Of a stretch of 64,000 bases of DNA, positions 9,564-19,128 are shown in pieces. The position numbers were made by a program, and so were the translations under genes. The notes beneath the pieces were generated by a model that worked only from the letters and a program-made list of their open reading frames with translations, did not search any database and was not told where the DNA came from. The stretch's first letter is position 1, and each line of letters begins with the position of its first letter. Origin of the DNA: Candidatus Zixiibacteriota bacterium (GTDB lineage: Bacteria; RBG-13-66-14; B26-G2; WVWN01); NCBI GenBank assembly GCA_050117845.1, contig JASFLY010000007.1:32001-96000 (forward strand), given 5' to 3'.

Positions 9564-10547
9564 CTACTTCATCGCGACAACTTCTTTAACCTTGGATATG
9601 ATATTGCCCGAATTCATCCCGTAACGGTCAAGCAGTTCGCGTGGACTGCCGGACTCGCCGAATACGTCCTCAATGCCGACGATACGCATGGGGACCGGGT
9701 GCTGTTGGCACAGGACCTCCGCGATACAACCGCCCAGGCCACCGTAGATCTGCGCCTCCTCGGCGGTAACGACCGCGCCGCACTCCTTGGCCGCCGTGAC
9801 TATCGTGTCGACGTCGAGCGGCTTAATCGTGTGGCAATTAATGACGCGGGCGTCGATGCCCTCTTTCGAGAGGGTTTCCGCCGCGATCATCGCTTCGTAG
9901 ACCAGCGGCCCGCAAGCGATGATGGCCACGTCGTCGCCGTCGCGATAGACCTCGGCCCGACCCACGGTGAAAGGCGTTTCCTCGGTCGTAACGACCGGCA
10001 CGCCTTCCCGGCCGAAGCGCAGGTAAACCGGCCCGTCGTGCGAGGCCGACCAGATAGTGGCTTTCTTGGCCTCGATGGCGTCGGTAGGCACGATAAGCGT
10101 CATGCCCGGGAGGACCCGCATCAACGGGATCTCTTCGAGCGATTGGTGCGTGGGGCCGTCCGGCCCGACGGATATACCGCCGTGCGCCCCGCCGATTTTG
10201 ACGTTCAACTGGCCGTAGCAGATGGATGTCCGGATCTGGTCCCACGCCCGGCCGGCGACGAACACGCCGTACGTCGTAACGAAGGGAACCAGGCCGGTCC
10301 GCGAAAGGCCGCCGGCCTCCGCCAACATGTCCTGTTCGGCGATGCCGAAGTCGATGAATTTCTCGGGGTACTTGTCGCGCACCCATATCGTACGGGTAGA
10401 CTTCGCCAGGTCGGCGTCACAGACCACTACCCGTTCGTCGTTCTCGCAAAGCCACAGAAGGCCGTGGCCGTAGCCGTCCCGGCTCGGGACCATTTCGACG
10501 TCCTTTTGGAAGTCGACTAATTTCGCATCTTCGCGTATACCGCCCAT
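9564..10547 (-). CDS. Transketolase, C-terminal (pyrimidine-binding) subunit
   Basis: 'DADLAKST', 'FGIAEQDM', 'GPDGPTHQ', 'GPVYLRFGR', 'HTIKPLD'. Confidence 0.92.
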   Translation of the reverse strand: MGGIREDAKLVDFQKDVEMVPSRDGYGHGLLWLCENDERVVVCDADLAKSTRTIWVRDKYPEKFIDFGIAEQDMLAEAGGLSRTGLVPFVTTYGVFVAGRAWDQIRTSICYGQLNVKIGGAHGGISVGPDGPTHQSLEEIPLMRVLPGMTLIVPTDAIEAKKATIWSASHDGPVYLRFGREGVPVVTTEETPFTVGRAEVYRDGDDVAIIACGPLVYEAMIAAETLSKEGIDARVINCHTIKPLDVDTIVTAAKECGAVVTAEEAQIYGGLGGCIAEVLCQQHPVPMRIVGIEDVFGESGSPRELLDRYGMNSGNIISKVKEVVAMK

Positions 10548-10585
10548 GTATTATCTCCTCAACGGATAACGATTATGAATGAACG

Positions 10586-11452
10586 CTAGCCGACCCAATC
10601 GAAGTCGTGCTTTTTATACTCTTCCCACGGCGCCGTGAAGCCCAAGTCGCCGAGCGCCTGTTGCACCTGCTCGCCCTTTTTCGGGGCGGCGCCGTGCCAG
10701 TCGGCCTGATTCTCCATGAAGGAGACGCCCTTCCCCTTAATCGTATTGGCGATAATCATCGTCGGCTTCCTCTTCTCAAGAAGGAACCGTTCGTACGCGT
10801 AAGTCACCTGTCGCAGGTCGTGGCCGTCGATTTCGAGTACTTGCCAGCCGAACGCCTCCCACTTCTCAGGAAGTGGGTCGAGGCCCATGACTTCCTCGGT
10901 ATTGCCGTCTATCATCAGGTAATTACGGTCGCAGATACCGCATAGGTTATCCAGGCCGTAATGAGCGGCCGTCATCCCGGCCTCCCAAATGGCGCCCTCG
11001 TTCATCTCGCCGTCACCCATGAGGCAGTAGACGTTGCCCGGATTCCCCTTGCGCTTGAGGCCCATAGCGACGCCCGAGGCGAGCGATAGCCCCTGGCCCA
11101 GGGACCCGGCGGAGAACTCCACGCCCGGCGTCTTAAGCCGGTGGGGGTGCCCCTGCAGAATCGTATCCAACTTGCGGAGCGTCCAGAGTTCCTTCCGGGG
11201 GAAGAAGCCCCGCGCCGCGAGGACGGCGTACTGCACCGGACACGCGTGCCCCTTCGACAAGACGAACCAGTCGCGTTCATCCCAATCGGGGTTTTCCGCG
11301 TCGTGCTTCAGGATGTTCCAGTAAAGCGACACCATGATTTCGGTCGCCGATAGCGAACCGCCGGAGTGACCCGAACCGGCCTCGGAGAGCATCACCATGA
11401 TGTCCCGACGTATTTTGCGGCTGACCTCTTCAAGCTCTTTGATTTCGACCAT
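10586..11452 (-). CDS. Transketolase, N-terminal (TPP-binding) subunit
   Basis: 'GHSGGSLS', 'FVLSKGHA', 'LQGHP', 'GSLGQG', 'GDGE...GAIWEA'. Start moved to ATG 11452 (SD AGGAG; TTGCGG-N17-TATAAT promoter lies inside the longer ORF). Confidence 0.92.
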   Translation of the reverse strand: MVEIKELEEVSRKIRRDIMVMLSEAGSGHSGGSLSATEIMVSLYWNILKHDAENPDWDERDWFVLSKGHACPVQYAVLAARGFFPRKELWTLRKLDTILQGHPHRLKTPGVEFSAGSLGQGLSLASGVAMGLKRKGNPGNVYCLMGDGEMNEGAIWEAGMTAAHYGLDNLCGICDRNYLMIDGNTEEVMGLDPLPEKWEAFGWQVLEIDGHDLRQVTYAYERFLLEKRKPTMIIANTIKGKGVSFMENQADWHGAAPKKGEQVQQALGDLGFTAPWEEYKKHDFDWVG

Positions 11453-11980
11453 AGCCTCTCCTAATGCAAAAGTGAATCTCGAAGGAGCCGTTAACGAACT
11501 TGGGCGCCCATTATACGCGAAAACTCCGGGCGCCGCAAGGGATTTTATCCCGGTTTTCTCATAGGGGGTTGCCGACGAGTATTCGAACCTCGCCAATAAA
11601 TACACCCCCAATGCTTTAAAACCGTGAGCGCACCCGCCTCCTCCCTCAAGTCCTACGTGGCGACGTTTTAACGCCGCGTGTGTTGGACGCTGACGTCCGA
11701 CGTTACCACACTCTTATGTAACTCGTGTAAGTATATTGGACATATACGATTTATAGCGGGTCGGCGGACTCAATATCAACTTGGGATGGATTGGATTCAA
11801 CAGAGTAATTATGTTATAATACCGAAAAGCAGTTATTATCCTACTGCATACATATATGCGTAACTATAAACCCATATCTGATACCAATATGTTGGAATGC
11901 GTTTATTCTAAGCTTATAATTAACAAAAACCTATCGAGGGCGGTTGGTTAATACACCTACAAAGGTGATAGGAGGGAAAG

Positions 11981-13453
11981 ATGAAATTAAGAAATGCTAT
12001 CCCGGCGTTCGTACTATCGTTTATGATAATCGCTTCGGCCCACGCCGACACGTGGGTATACGACGACATAACCGCGGATACGACCTGGACACCGGCCGGT
12101 AGTCCTTACAATATCTCGGGGACTATAATGATAGTCAACGGCGCAATACTAACGATACAGCCGAACGTCGATGTCGTATTCTATAATCATGCAATCGAGT
12201 ATTCGGCGTTGGTCATCGAGAATAGTGGTACTCGGGGCGCTATCGTAGCCCACGGTACGGCCGGAAACGAGATAGCATTCTGGTCGACGGACCCCGGAAT
12301 CCACGGAAGCATTGCGTCCCGTATAGTCCACCCCTGGGCCACAGATCCACCGAAATACGACTTCCGCTTCGAGTATTGCGTCTTTAGTAACATAAAATCG
12401 ATAGGTTTTACGTGGAACGGAAACGGTAACGGCGGCATAAGGGCGGTGAACTGCCGTTTCGCGTCAACTAGGGTAAAGGGACCTAATTACCAAATCGTCC
12501 CCCCTATATACGATTCGCGGATTATAAGCTGCGACTTCCTCGGGGAACCCGTCGTTTATCCCTACTTGCATGCGTTAACTATGACGCGGGGTTACGTCGA
12601 GGAATGCACGTTCGACGAAATGGAATCTGGGTGCTCGGCGCAATGCACCGAAATAACGGCTTCGACCTTTACGTATTGCGAAACTGCACTCGCCATCGGT
12701 AAAAATGTAGCTACAAGTCTAAACACCTTCGAAGATAACGACGTCGGTGTTTACGTCGCGTATTCATCGAGTATAGGCGACGGCCCGTGGTCATCGGACG
12801 AGGATACGTTTTACAATAACGTACGAGGTATATATATCGACGGTTACGACGCCCCGGCAAACGCCGACTATTCCACGATTACGGGCGCCACTATCACCTA
12901 CAACGACTGGGGCATAGACGTTTGGGGCACCGGCCCCCTACTCAAAATACGCGACTCCGGAATAGGGTATAATCGAATCGACGGGATACGCCTATTTTGC
13001 GACCATAACGCCGTCGACCTGGGAACGGCCCTAGACCCGGGTGGGAACACGATCGTTTACAACGGCGATAACGACCCCGAACATTACGAATATAAAGACA
13101 TTTACGCGCACGGTAGTATGTTTGCGGGAACCGGCCTTATCCCGGCCGTAGGCAATACATGGGAACATATATCAGAAGCCGTGATAGAACTATGCGATAT
13201 AACCGACTATAACGACGACCCCAGTAATTATACGCTGGACGTACGGGTTACCGCAGGCGACACCGACTTCGCGACACCTCCGCTCGTTATAACGCCGATA
13301 CCCAAAAAGGATACCGGCGTTCCAACTCCCTCGGACGAGGGCGCGCCTACAGCCCCCGGCGGAGCGGCCTCCGCTACTAACGGATCAGTATCCACTAACG
13401 ACGTCGGCGTCGAACCAACTTCCTTAGGTAATATCAAAGCGATTTACCAATAA
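11981..13453 (+). CDS. Secreted right-handed beta-helix protein with Pro/Thr/Gly-rich linker and short C-terminal tag
   Basis: SD AGGAGG, signal peptide, 'ITADTTWTPAGSPY...LTIQPNV', repeated 'TF.DN..GIY', ends 'GVEPTSLGNIKAIYQ'. Confidence 0.8.
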   Translation: MKLRNAIPAFVLSFMIIASAHADTWVYDDITADTTWTPAGSPYNISGTIMIVNGAILTIQPNVDVVFYNHAIEYSALVIENSGTRGAIVAHGTAGNEIAFWSTDPGIHGSIASRIVHPWATDPPKYDFRFEYCVFSNIKSIGFTWNGNGNGGIRAVNCRFASTRVKGPNYQIVPPIYDSRIISCDFLGEPVVYPYLHALTMTRGYVEECTFDEMESGCSAQCTEITASTFTYCETALAIGKNVATSLNTFEDNDVGVYVAYSSSIGDGPWSSDEDTFYNNVRGIYIDGYDAPANADYSTITGATITYNDWGIDVWGTGPLLKIRDSGIGYNRIDGIRLFCDHNAVDLGTALDPGGNTIVYNGDNDPEHYEYKDIYAHGSMFAGTGLIPAVGNTWEHISEAVIELCDITDYNDDPSNYTLDVRVTAGDTDFATPPLVITPIPKKDTGVPTPSDEGAPTAPGGAASATNGSVSTNDVGVEPTSLGNIKAIYQ

Positions 13454-13474
13454 CCTTCGCCGAAACCGCCCTCG

Positions 13475-13521
13475 AAAAAAATAGCCGGGCGTATCGTACG
13501 CCCGGCTACTCTAATTTTTTT
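13475..13521. terminator. Bidirectional intrinsic terminator between convergent genes
   Basis: TAGCCGGGCGTA-TCG-TACGCCCGGCTA flanked by an A-tract and a T-tract. Confidence 0.75.
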
Positions 13522-13532
13522 GGGGGGGGTGG

Positions 13533-13715
13533 TTAAGCCTTCACGAGGCCGACGATCCAGAGCGTGTAGAAGACGCCGATGAGTACGCCCCAGAACAGCG
13601 CCTTCTTCCCGACGAACTTGTTCTCCTTATTTATCGCCCGGAAGATGAAGCCGATAGTGGCGCCGACCCATCCCAGAAACCCTATCTCGACTACCGCGGC
13701 CCACATGTTGGACAT
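13533..13715 (-). CDS. Small two-TM membrane protein (60 aa)
   Basis: SD AGGAG; two hydrophobic helices joined by a basic loop. Confidence 0.7.
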   Translation of the reverse strand: MSNMWAAVVEIGFLGWVGATIGFIFRAINKENKFVGKKALFWGVLIGVFYTLWIVGLVKA

Positions 13716-13738
13716 AACGCTACTCCTGTTAATCCGCT

Positions 13739-13772
13739 AAAACCCCCGCCCGGCCTTTGCGCCGGGCGGGGG
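13739..13772 (-). terminator. Intrinsic terminator
   Basis: 12-bp GC stem CCCCCGCCCGGC/GCCGGGCGGGGG followed by TTTT on the minus strand. Confidence 0.7.
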
Positions 13773-13822
13773 CGTAGTATGCTCGTTCAAGCTTACGTTC
13801 GTTCCCGGCTTTATTTGAACTA

Positions 13823-15292
13823 CTACTTGCCCGGGTGCGGCGCGAAGAGGCCCAAGAGGACGTCCTCGGTCGCGTCTATCTTATCAAACGTACCGATATC
13901 CCGCATTATCTCGAGCGTGTAGCACCAGTCCTTGCCGTATTCGTTATCCTTTAAACGTTCCCAACCGCTTTTCTTTTCCGGATCGCGCTCGCCTTCCCAC
14001 GGTCCGTAACCCACCCGGTTCGGTTGTTGCCACTGGCAACGGCCGACTATGTCCGAGGCCGAACCCAGCGGCACGCGGTGCAGGTATCCGGCGATACGAG
14101 CGCCGCCCTCTTCGGGCCATGGCGCCGTCAGAGAGAAAGCGACCGTAGTCGTTTCAGCGTTCCACAGGTAATAAGCCCCCGGCGCGTTGTCATCCGGATC
14201 ATTCGGCGCTTGGTAACTGGGGTAAGATGCATGGCCGCCGTTAGCGCGAATACCCGATAGACCGCTGTCGAACGTAAGGAACGGATCGAGGGATTGAGGA
14301 TTGCTAGTCGACGGCGTTTCCGGATACGGGAAGCCACCCTGATCGATATAACAGTCGAAGAGGTAGGCGCTTTCGCTGTCGTCCCATCCCCCGGCGGCCG
14401 TATAGTTCGTCCGGGACGCGCTGAAGAACCACATGTCGCAGTACGGCCCGGGGTAACCGGCTTGATTATAAGGCGCCGTGCTGGTATTAACATAGGGCGT
14501 CTTATAAACGGCGTTTTCGTCGCCCGGGATGGCGTTTATGCCGCGGGTCTGGAAACCTGGTACCGTTTCCACGAATTCCCAATCGTACGTGGTAGCCGGG
14601 TCCGGAATCACGTTCGGGTCGGTAGTACTGCGCAGGAACCAGGTCGACCAGACGAGCGCGAGCCAGTCCTCGTGCGATTCCCACTGACGACCATTGTTAA
14701 ACCCTTCGCTCGGCGGGGTCATATTGGGTTCCTGGTACCAGTAGTAGTGCATGGTGCCGCCGACCGGTCCCGCATCCGTGCCCTCGATGGGTTGGATGGT
14801 GTGGGTCGGGTCTTCCCACCGGAAGAAGAACCATATGCGCGGCGGGTTAACGTAAGTATAAAGCGCTTTAACTTCCACGCTTCTCACCTGGCTACCGGCG
14901 CCTATAACCGGCGATACGTTGATGGTCGTCCAGGGAGTCGTTTCCCAAAGCCAATAGTCGCCGCCTTTTGCTACTTCGGTGCTAAGCCTTTCGGCGACGC
15001 CGTCTATTAGCGGGTAGGTATCGTATACGTACGTAACCGGAACACGGTTAGGACCGGTGCCGTCGCCGTTCCAGTCTAGCGTACATACGGCGGCGCCGTC
15101 ATGGTCCCAACTGTCGAATTCGTTGCCGTTACCGTCGCATACCAGCAGCGAGAACGTCTGGTCGAGGTAACTGACCTCCGGCCGCGTAATCCCGGCGACG
15201 TCTTCGTCACAACCGGCGAGGAATATCGCGCCGACGCCGAGACCGACCGCTAAGGCCGCTAGTAAAATATATCCCTTCTTCAGCCTCATCAC
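13823..15292 (-). CDS. Lipoprotein with ethylbenzene-dehydrogenase-gamma-like (EB_dh, DOMON-like) domain
   Basis: Lipobox 'LAGC'; pattern 'VEVKALY...IWFFFRWEDPT', 'HEDWLALVW', 'DMWFFSASRT', 'SDIVGRCQW', 'YTLEIMRDI...EDV'. Confidence 0.55.
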   Translation of the reverse strand: MMRLKKGYILLAALAVGLGVGAIFLAGCDEDVAGITRPEVSYLDQTFSLLVCDGNGNEFDSWDHDGAAVCTLDWNGDGTGPNRVPVTYVYDTYPLIDGVAERLSTEVAKGGDYWLWETTPWTTINVSPVIGAGSQVRSVEVKALYTYVNPPRIWFFFRWEDPTHTIQPIEGTDAGPVGGTMHYYWYQEPNMTPPSEGFNNGRQWESHEDWLALVWSTWFLRSTTDPNVIPDPATTYDWEFVETVPGFQTRGINAIPGDENAVYKTPYVNTSTAPYNQAGYPGPYCDMWFFSASRTNYTAAGGWDDSESAYLFDCYIDQGGFPYPETPSTSNPQSLDPFLTFDSGLSGIRANGGHASYPSYQAPNDPDDNAPGAYYLWNAETTTVAFSLTAPWPEEGGARIAGYLHRVPLGSASDIVGRCQWQQPNRVGYGPWEGERDPEKKSGWERLKDNEYGKDWCYTLEIMRDIGTFDKIDATEDVLLGLFAPHPGK

Positions 15293-15451
15293 TTATCACC
15301 CTCCTGGTGAAAATGAAGGCGTTGAGCGTTGTCTCTTCTATCAAACCGGCCTAATCGTTACCTGCCGGCAAAACCCTTGCCTTTTTTTTGACTCTAGCAC
15401 AGCCCCCCGGCTAGTGTCAAGTTATTTTTTAATACCCGCGCACCCTTTTTA

Positions 15452-16432
15452 TTACTCCAATTCGTAGCATTTCAGTTGCTCTTTCCCGTCGGCGACAAGC
15501 AGCAGGCGGCCGGATATGACGGGCGCGCACGCCGCGTATTCCTCCAGCCGAAACAACTCCGTAATCTCCCCTTGCCCCTCCGATCCACCCGCATAAACGA
15601 TCAATACCCGGCCGTCCTCCCGGACGACGATCGCGCCCCCCGTCGAAGCCGCCGCCCCCACGACGTTGCCGTCGAACTCGACCTCCGCGAGGAGCTCGCC
15701 CTCGACGTCGAACATGAACAGCGTCCTACGCCCGGCGACGATCAGGCCCTGCCCGGCAAGTTCCGGCGCAGCGCCGAGTTTGTCCCCCGTTTCGCGGCGC
15801 CACAACTCCTCCCCCGTCACGGCGTCGTAACAGGCCACGGCGCCCGAGGCCTCGGCGACGTATATACGGTTGCCCGCGACCGCCGGGTATATCGCGGCGC
15901 GAGCCGCGTCGGTCTCCCAACTCGGTTCGGCCCGGCCCGGCCCGCATCGGCCCATTCGTCCTGCCGCCGTCCACGCCACGAAATCGCCGTCGCCCGTCGC
16001 GGCCGCTCCCGTCACTACGCCGTCGAACGGCGTCCGGCCCAGCTCCTCGCCCGTGGCGGCGTCGAAGAAGACGAGTTCGTGTTTCAACCCGGCCACTACC
16101 ACGCCTCCCCCGGCCGCGGGGATTATTATGCCCGGCCCGGCCTGCGCCCGCCATACCGTCTCCCCATCTTCGGGCCGCAACGCATATATCCGTCCTTCGG
16201 GATGGGGAACGTACTGATACAAAAATCCCCCGGCGAGTATCGGCGTCGTCGTGAGCGGCGCCTTGAAGCGACGGGACCAAAACCTCGCGCCGTCGCGGGA
16301 ATCCAGAGCGTAGAGCTTCTTGTCCGCCGACGCGTAATAGACGACGTCCCCCGCCACGAGGGGCGCAACGTCGGCCGGTGCGTCGGCCTTGAACGACCAG
16401 AGTAAAGTAGCCGCGATTATCAGAGCTTCCAC
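15452..16432 (-). CDS. PQQ-like beta-propeller repeat protein (BamB-like)
   Basis: Repeats 'LYALDSRDGARFW', 'IYALRPEDGETVW', 'CYDAVTGEELW'. Confidence 0.8.
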   Translation of the reverse strand: MEALIIAATLLWSFKADAPADVAPLVAGDVVYYASADKKLYALDSRDGARFWSRRFKAPLTTTPILAGGFLYQYVPHPEGRIYALRPEDGETVWRAQAGPGIIIPAAGGGVVVAGLKHELVFFDAATGEELGRTPFDGVVTGAAATGDGDFVAWTAAGRMGRCGPGRAEPSWETDAARAAIYPAVAGNRIYVAEASGAVACYDAVTGEELWRRETGDKLGAAPELAGQGLIVAGRRTLFMFDVEGELLAEVEFDGNVVGAAASTGGAIVVREDGRVLIVYAGGSEGQGEITELFRLEEYAACAPVISGRLLLVADGKEQLKCYELE

Positions 16433-16438
16433 GGAATT

Positions 16439-16467
16439 ATTATACCCCGGATGAAGGGGCGCCGCAA
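16439..16467 (-). promoter_or_regulatory. Sigma70-type promoter giving a probable leaderless transcript
   Basis: TTGCGG-N17-TATAAT, then 6 nt to the GTG start at 16432; no SD. Confidence 0.65.
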
Positions 16468-16578
16468 TCTTCTTCCGGCGGTGTCGGGTCGGCCGGGAAG
16501 CCGGACGCCGTTTTTAGTTGCATATTAAATTATGTTATGCTAAATAAAAAGGGAGTATATAATGTCGAAGCCGCTTTT

Positions 16579-17085
16579 ATGCTTGACGATTCTAAAATTA
16601 AAAACGTCGAAATATTTAAGTACATTTCTCCCGAAGAAGGCCGACGCGTTTTGGGGGATGCGGAAGTAGTATCCCTCCGCGAAAACGAAACGCTTTTCGA
16701 CGCCGGTAGCGTCGGGAACGAAATGTACATAATCGAAACCGGGAAAATTAAGGTTTTCCGGATATCCGATAACGAAGAGATTACGTTCGCGGAATTCGGC
16801 CCGGGGGACGCGTTCGGCGAGATGTCGCTTATCGACGAATATCCGCGGTCGGCCTCGGCGGTGGCGTTGGAGGATTGCGCTTTGCTATCGCTTTCGCGGT
16901 CGGCCTTTACGAAGATCCTGGAAGAATCCCCGGGAATAGGCACCAAACTCCTCATGGCCATAGCCGAAGTATTTTCCAAGCGGATGCGTAAAACGGATAA
17001 GCTGCTCGAAGCCTATCATCTGGTCAACCGGGCCCTGATATCCAACGAGGAATTCCGCCAACTATACAAGGCCATCCACTCCTAA
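16579..17085 (+). CDS. Cyclic nucleotide-binding domain protein without HTH
   Basis: 'MYIIETGKIKV', phosphate-binding cassette 'FGEMSLIDEYPRSASA'. Start 16579 preferred because TATAAT lies upstream of it; 16537 is the alternative. Confidence 0.85.
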   Translation: MLDDSKIKNVEIFKYISPEEGRRVLGDAEVVSLRENETLFDAGSVGNEMYIIETGKIKVFRISDNEEITFAEFGPGDAFGEMSLIDEYPRSASAVALEDCALLSLSRSAFTKILEESPGIGTKLLMAIAEVFSKRMRKTDKLLEAYHLVNRALISNEEFRQLYKAIHS

Positions 17086-17100
17086 AACCCAGACCCTGCT

Positions 17101-17391
17101 ATGACGAAAAAAGAGATCGCCGCCAAGGTAGCTCTTCGCACCGGTATAACCCATAAACGGGCGGTCGCCGTAATCGACCAGCTGCTCGCCGAGATTAAAG
17201 CCTCTCTGGCCGCCGGCGAAAAGACGGAGATCCGCGGCTTCGGCGTATTCAAGGTTCGCCGCACCAAACGGAAAGTCGCCCGGGATCTCAGCACCAACAC
17301 CGAAATAGTAATCGCCCCCACGCGGCGGGTGAAATTCATACCCGGCAAGCAGATGAAGGAAAAGCTCAACCGCGCCCTGACGGCCGAATAA
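17101..17391 (+). CDS. HU/IHF-family DNA-binding protein
   Basis: 'MTKKEIA', 'EIRGFGVFKV', 'ARD...EIVIAPTRRVKFIPGKQMKE'. Confidence 0.92.
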   Translation: MTKKEIAAKVALRTGITHKRAVAVIDQLLAEIKASLAAGEKTEIRGFGVFKVRRTKRKVARDLSTNTEIVIAPTRRVKFIPGKQMKEKLNRALTAE

Positions 17392-17410
17392 CGCCGTTAG
17401 AAAAAAGAAT

Positions 17411-17442
17411 AAAAAAGCCGCGCCCGGGAGGGTGCGGCCTTT
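17411..17442. terminator. Bidirectional terminator between HU/IHF gene and pckA
   Basis: GCCGCGCCC-GGGA-GGGTGCGGC hairpin with flanking A/T runs. Confidence 0.7.
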
Positions 17443-17464
17443 CCGTTGCGTTGGTTGGACGGCC

Positions 17465-19048
17465 TTAAACCTTGGGGCCGGCCGCCTTTACGTCGTCGCT
17501 CGCCATATCCTCGAACTGCTTGAAGTTCTCCGCGAAACGTCGGGCGAGGTCGAGAGCCTTGGCGTCGTAGGCGGCTTTATCCGCCCACGTGTTCTTGGGC
17601 CATAGGACCTCCGTCGGCACGCCGGGGCACGCCTTCGGGACCAGGACGCCGAAGACGGGATCGGGTTCGAACTCCTGTTTCTCGAGCACGCCCTCGAGCG
17701 CCGCGGACAAGAGGCCCCGCGTCACGCCGATGGCCATGCGTTCGCCGACGCCGTGAGGGCCGCCGCTCCATCCGGTATTGATCAACCAGCAATTCACCTT
17801 ATGCTTGGCCAACCGCTCCCCCATCAATTTCGCGTACACCGTCGGGTGCCGGGGAAGGAAGGGCGCGCCGAAGCCCGCGCTGAACGTGGCCTGGGGCTCC
17901 GTTATGCCCGACTCGGTTCCCGCCAGCTTCGCGGTATAACCGGATAAATAATGGTACATGGCCATTTCCGGCGTCAACTTGGATATGGGGGGAAGCACGC
18001 CGAAGGCGTCGGCCGCCAGGAAGAAGACGTTCTTCGGATGGCCGGTGACGCCGTCCGTTATACAGTTGGGAATATATTCCACCGGATACGTGGCCCGCGT
18101 ATTCTCGGTGATGCTACCGTCGTTGTAGTCTATCTCCCGGGTATGGGGGTCGACTATGACGTTCTCGAGGAGTGAACCGAAGCGGATAGCATTGTAAATT
18201 TGCGGCTCATCCTGGGCCGAAAGGCGGATGACCTTCGCGTAACAGCCGCCCTCGAAATTGAAACAGCCGTCGTCGCTCCAGCCGGTCTCGTCGTCCCCGA
18301 TGAGGCAGCGTTTGGGGTCGGCCGATAACGTCGTTTTTCCGGTACCCGAAAGGCCGAAGAACAAGGCCGCGTCGCCGTCCGCGCCGACGTTGCACGAGCA
18401 ATGCATCGGGCAAACGTTTTCGGCGGGCATGAAGTAGTTCATTATCGTGAAGATGCTCTTTTTAATCTCGCCGCCGTAATGCGAGCCGGTTACGAGTATG
18501 ATGTTTTTCTTGAGGTCGACCGCCACCACGACGTACGAACGGACGTTATCGACTTCCGGTAAGGCATGGAAACCGGAAGCCATCACCACCGTGAAATCCG
18601 CTTTATGTTTCGCCAGTTGTTCGGCCGTAGGCCGGCGGAACAGCGTCCGGGCGAAAAGCGAGTGCCAGGCTTTCTCGGCAACGATGCGGACACCCTTCGC
18701 GTATTTCGGATCTGCCCCGACGAAACCGTCGAAGACGAAAAGGTCCCGGCGCGCCAGGTAATCCGTCACCTTGGCGTATAACGCGTCGAAGGTCTCGGGC
18801 GCCATCTCGACGTTCACCTTGCCCCACCAAATGTCCTTCTCGGTGGCGGCTTCCCGCACGACGAATTTATCGTTCGGGGACCGGCCCGTCCGGTCGGGCG
18901 TGGTACGAACCACTAACGCGCCGTTAGCCGCGAGTTCCCCCTCGTGCCGCCGGACCGCCATCTCCACCAGCACCGGCGAAGACAGATTACGGTACACCTG
19001 CCGCTGGGGCGTAATGCCGAGGTTTTCCAACCCGTATTCATCGACCAT
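17465..19048 (-). CDS. pckA: Phosphoenolpyruvate carboxykinase (ATP)
   Basis: 'RTGRSPNDKF', 'YGGEIKKSIF', 'MHCSCN', P-loop 'GLSGTGKTTLS', 'FNFEGGCYAK', 'TENTRATYP'. Confidence 0.97.
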   Translation of the reverse strand: MVDEYGLENLGITPQRQVYRNLSSPVLVEMAVRRHEGELAANGALVVRTTPDRTGRSPNDKFVVREAATEKDIWWGKVNVEMAPETFDALYAKVTDYLARRDLFVFDGFVGADPKYAKGVRIVAEKAWHSLFARTLFRRPTAEQLAKHKADFTVVMASGFHALPEVDNVRSYVVVAVDLKKNIILVTGSHYGGEIKKSIFTIMNYFMPAENVCPMHCSCNVGADGDAALFFGLSGTGKTTLSADPKRCLIGDDETGWSDDGCFNFEGGCYAKVIRLSAQDEPQIYNAIRFGSLLENVIVDPHTREIDYNDGSITENTRATYPVEYIPNCITDGVTGHPKNVFFLAADAFGVLPPISKLTPEMAMYHYLSGYTAKLAGTESGITEPQATFSAGFGAPFLPRHPTVYAKLMGERLAKHKVNCWLINTGWSGGPHGVGERMAIGVTRGLLSAALEGVLEKQEFEPDPVFGVLVPKACPGVPTEVLWPKNTWADKAAYDAKALDLARRFAENFKQFEDMASDDVKAAGPKV

Positions 19049-19128
19049 ACGGACTCCTCCGGTGAATTATGCTTTAAGGGGAATACTGAGAGAACATCTT
19101 AGAATAAACCCGCCGACTCCGCAAGCCA

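Noticed and set aside
11453..11611. 53-aa N-terminal extension of transketolase in the ORF track
   Set aside because: It spans a clear promoter and SD; the family-typical start is at 11452.
11560..11612. Hairpin containing GGTTCGAAT (minus strand), resembling a tRNA T-loop or att-site relic at the edge of the AT-rich segment
   Set aside because: No D-arm or anticodon arm, non-canonical T-stem closure, and no integrase or second att copy in the window.
13515..13529. T7-G8 homopolymer as a phase-variation tract
   Set aside because: It lies between two convergent stop codons beside a terminator, so slippage would not alter a frame or promoter.
18270..18310. PckA motif reads DDETGW rather than the usual DDEHGW
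   Set aside because: A single substitution; the metal- and ATP-binding motifs are intact, so there is no basis for claiming altered function.
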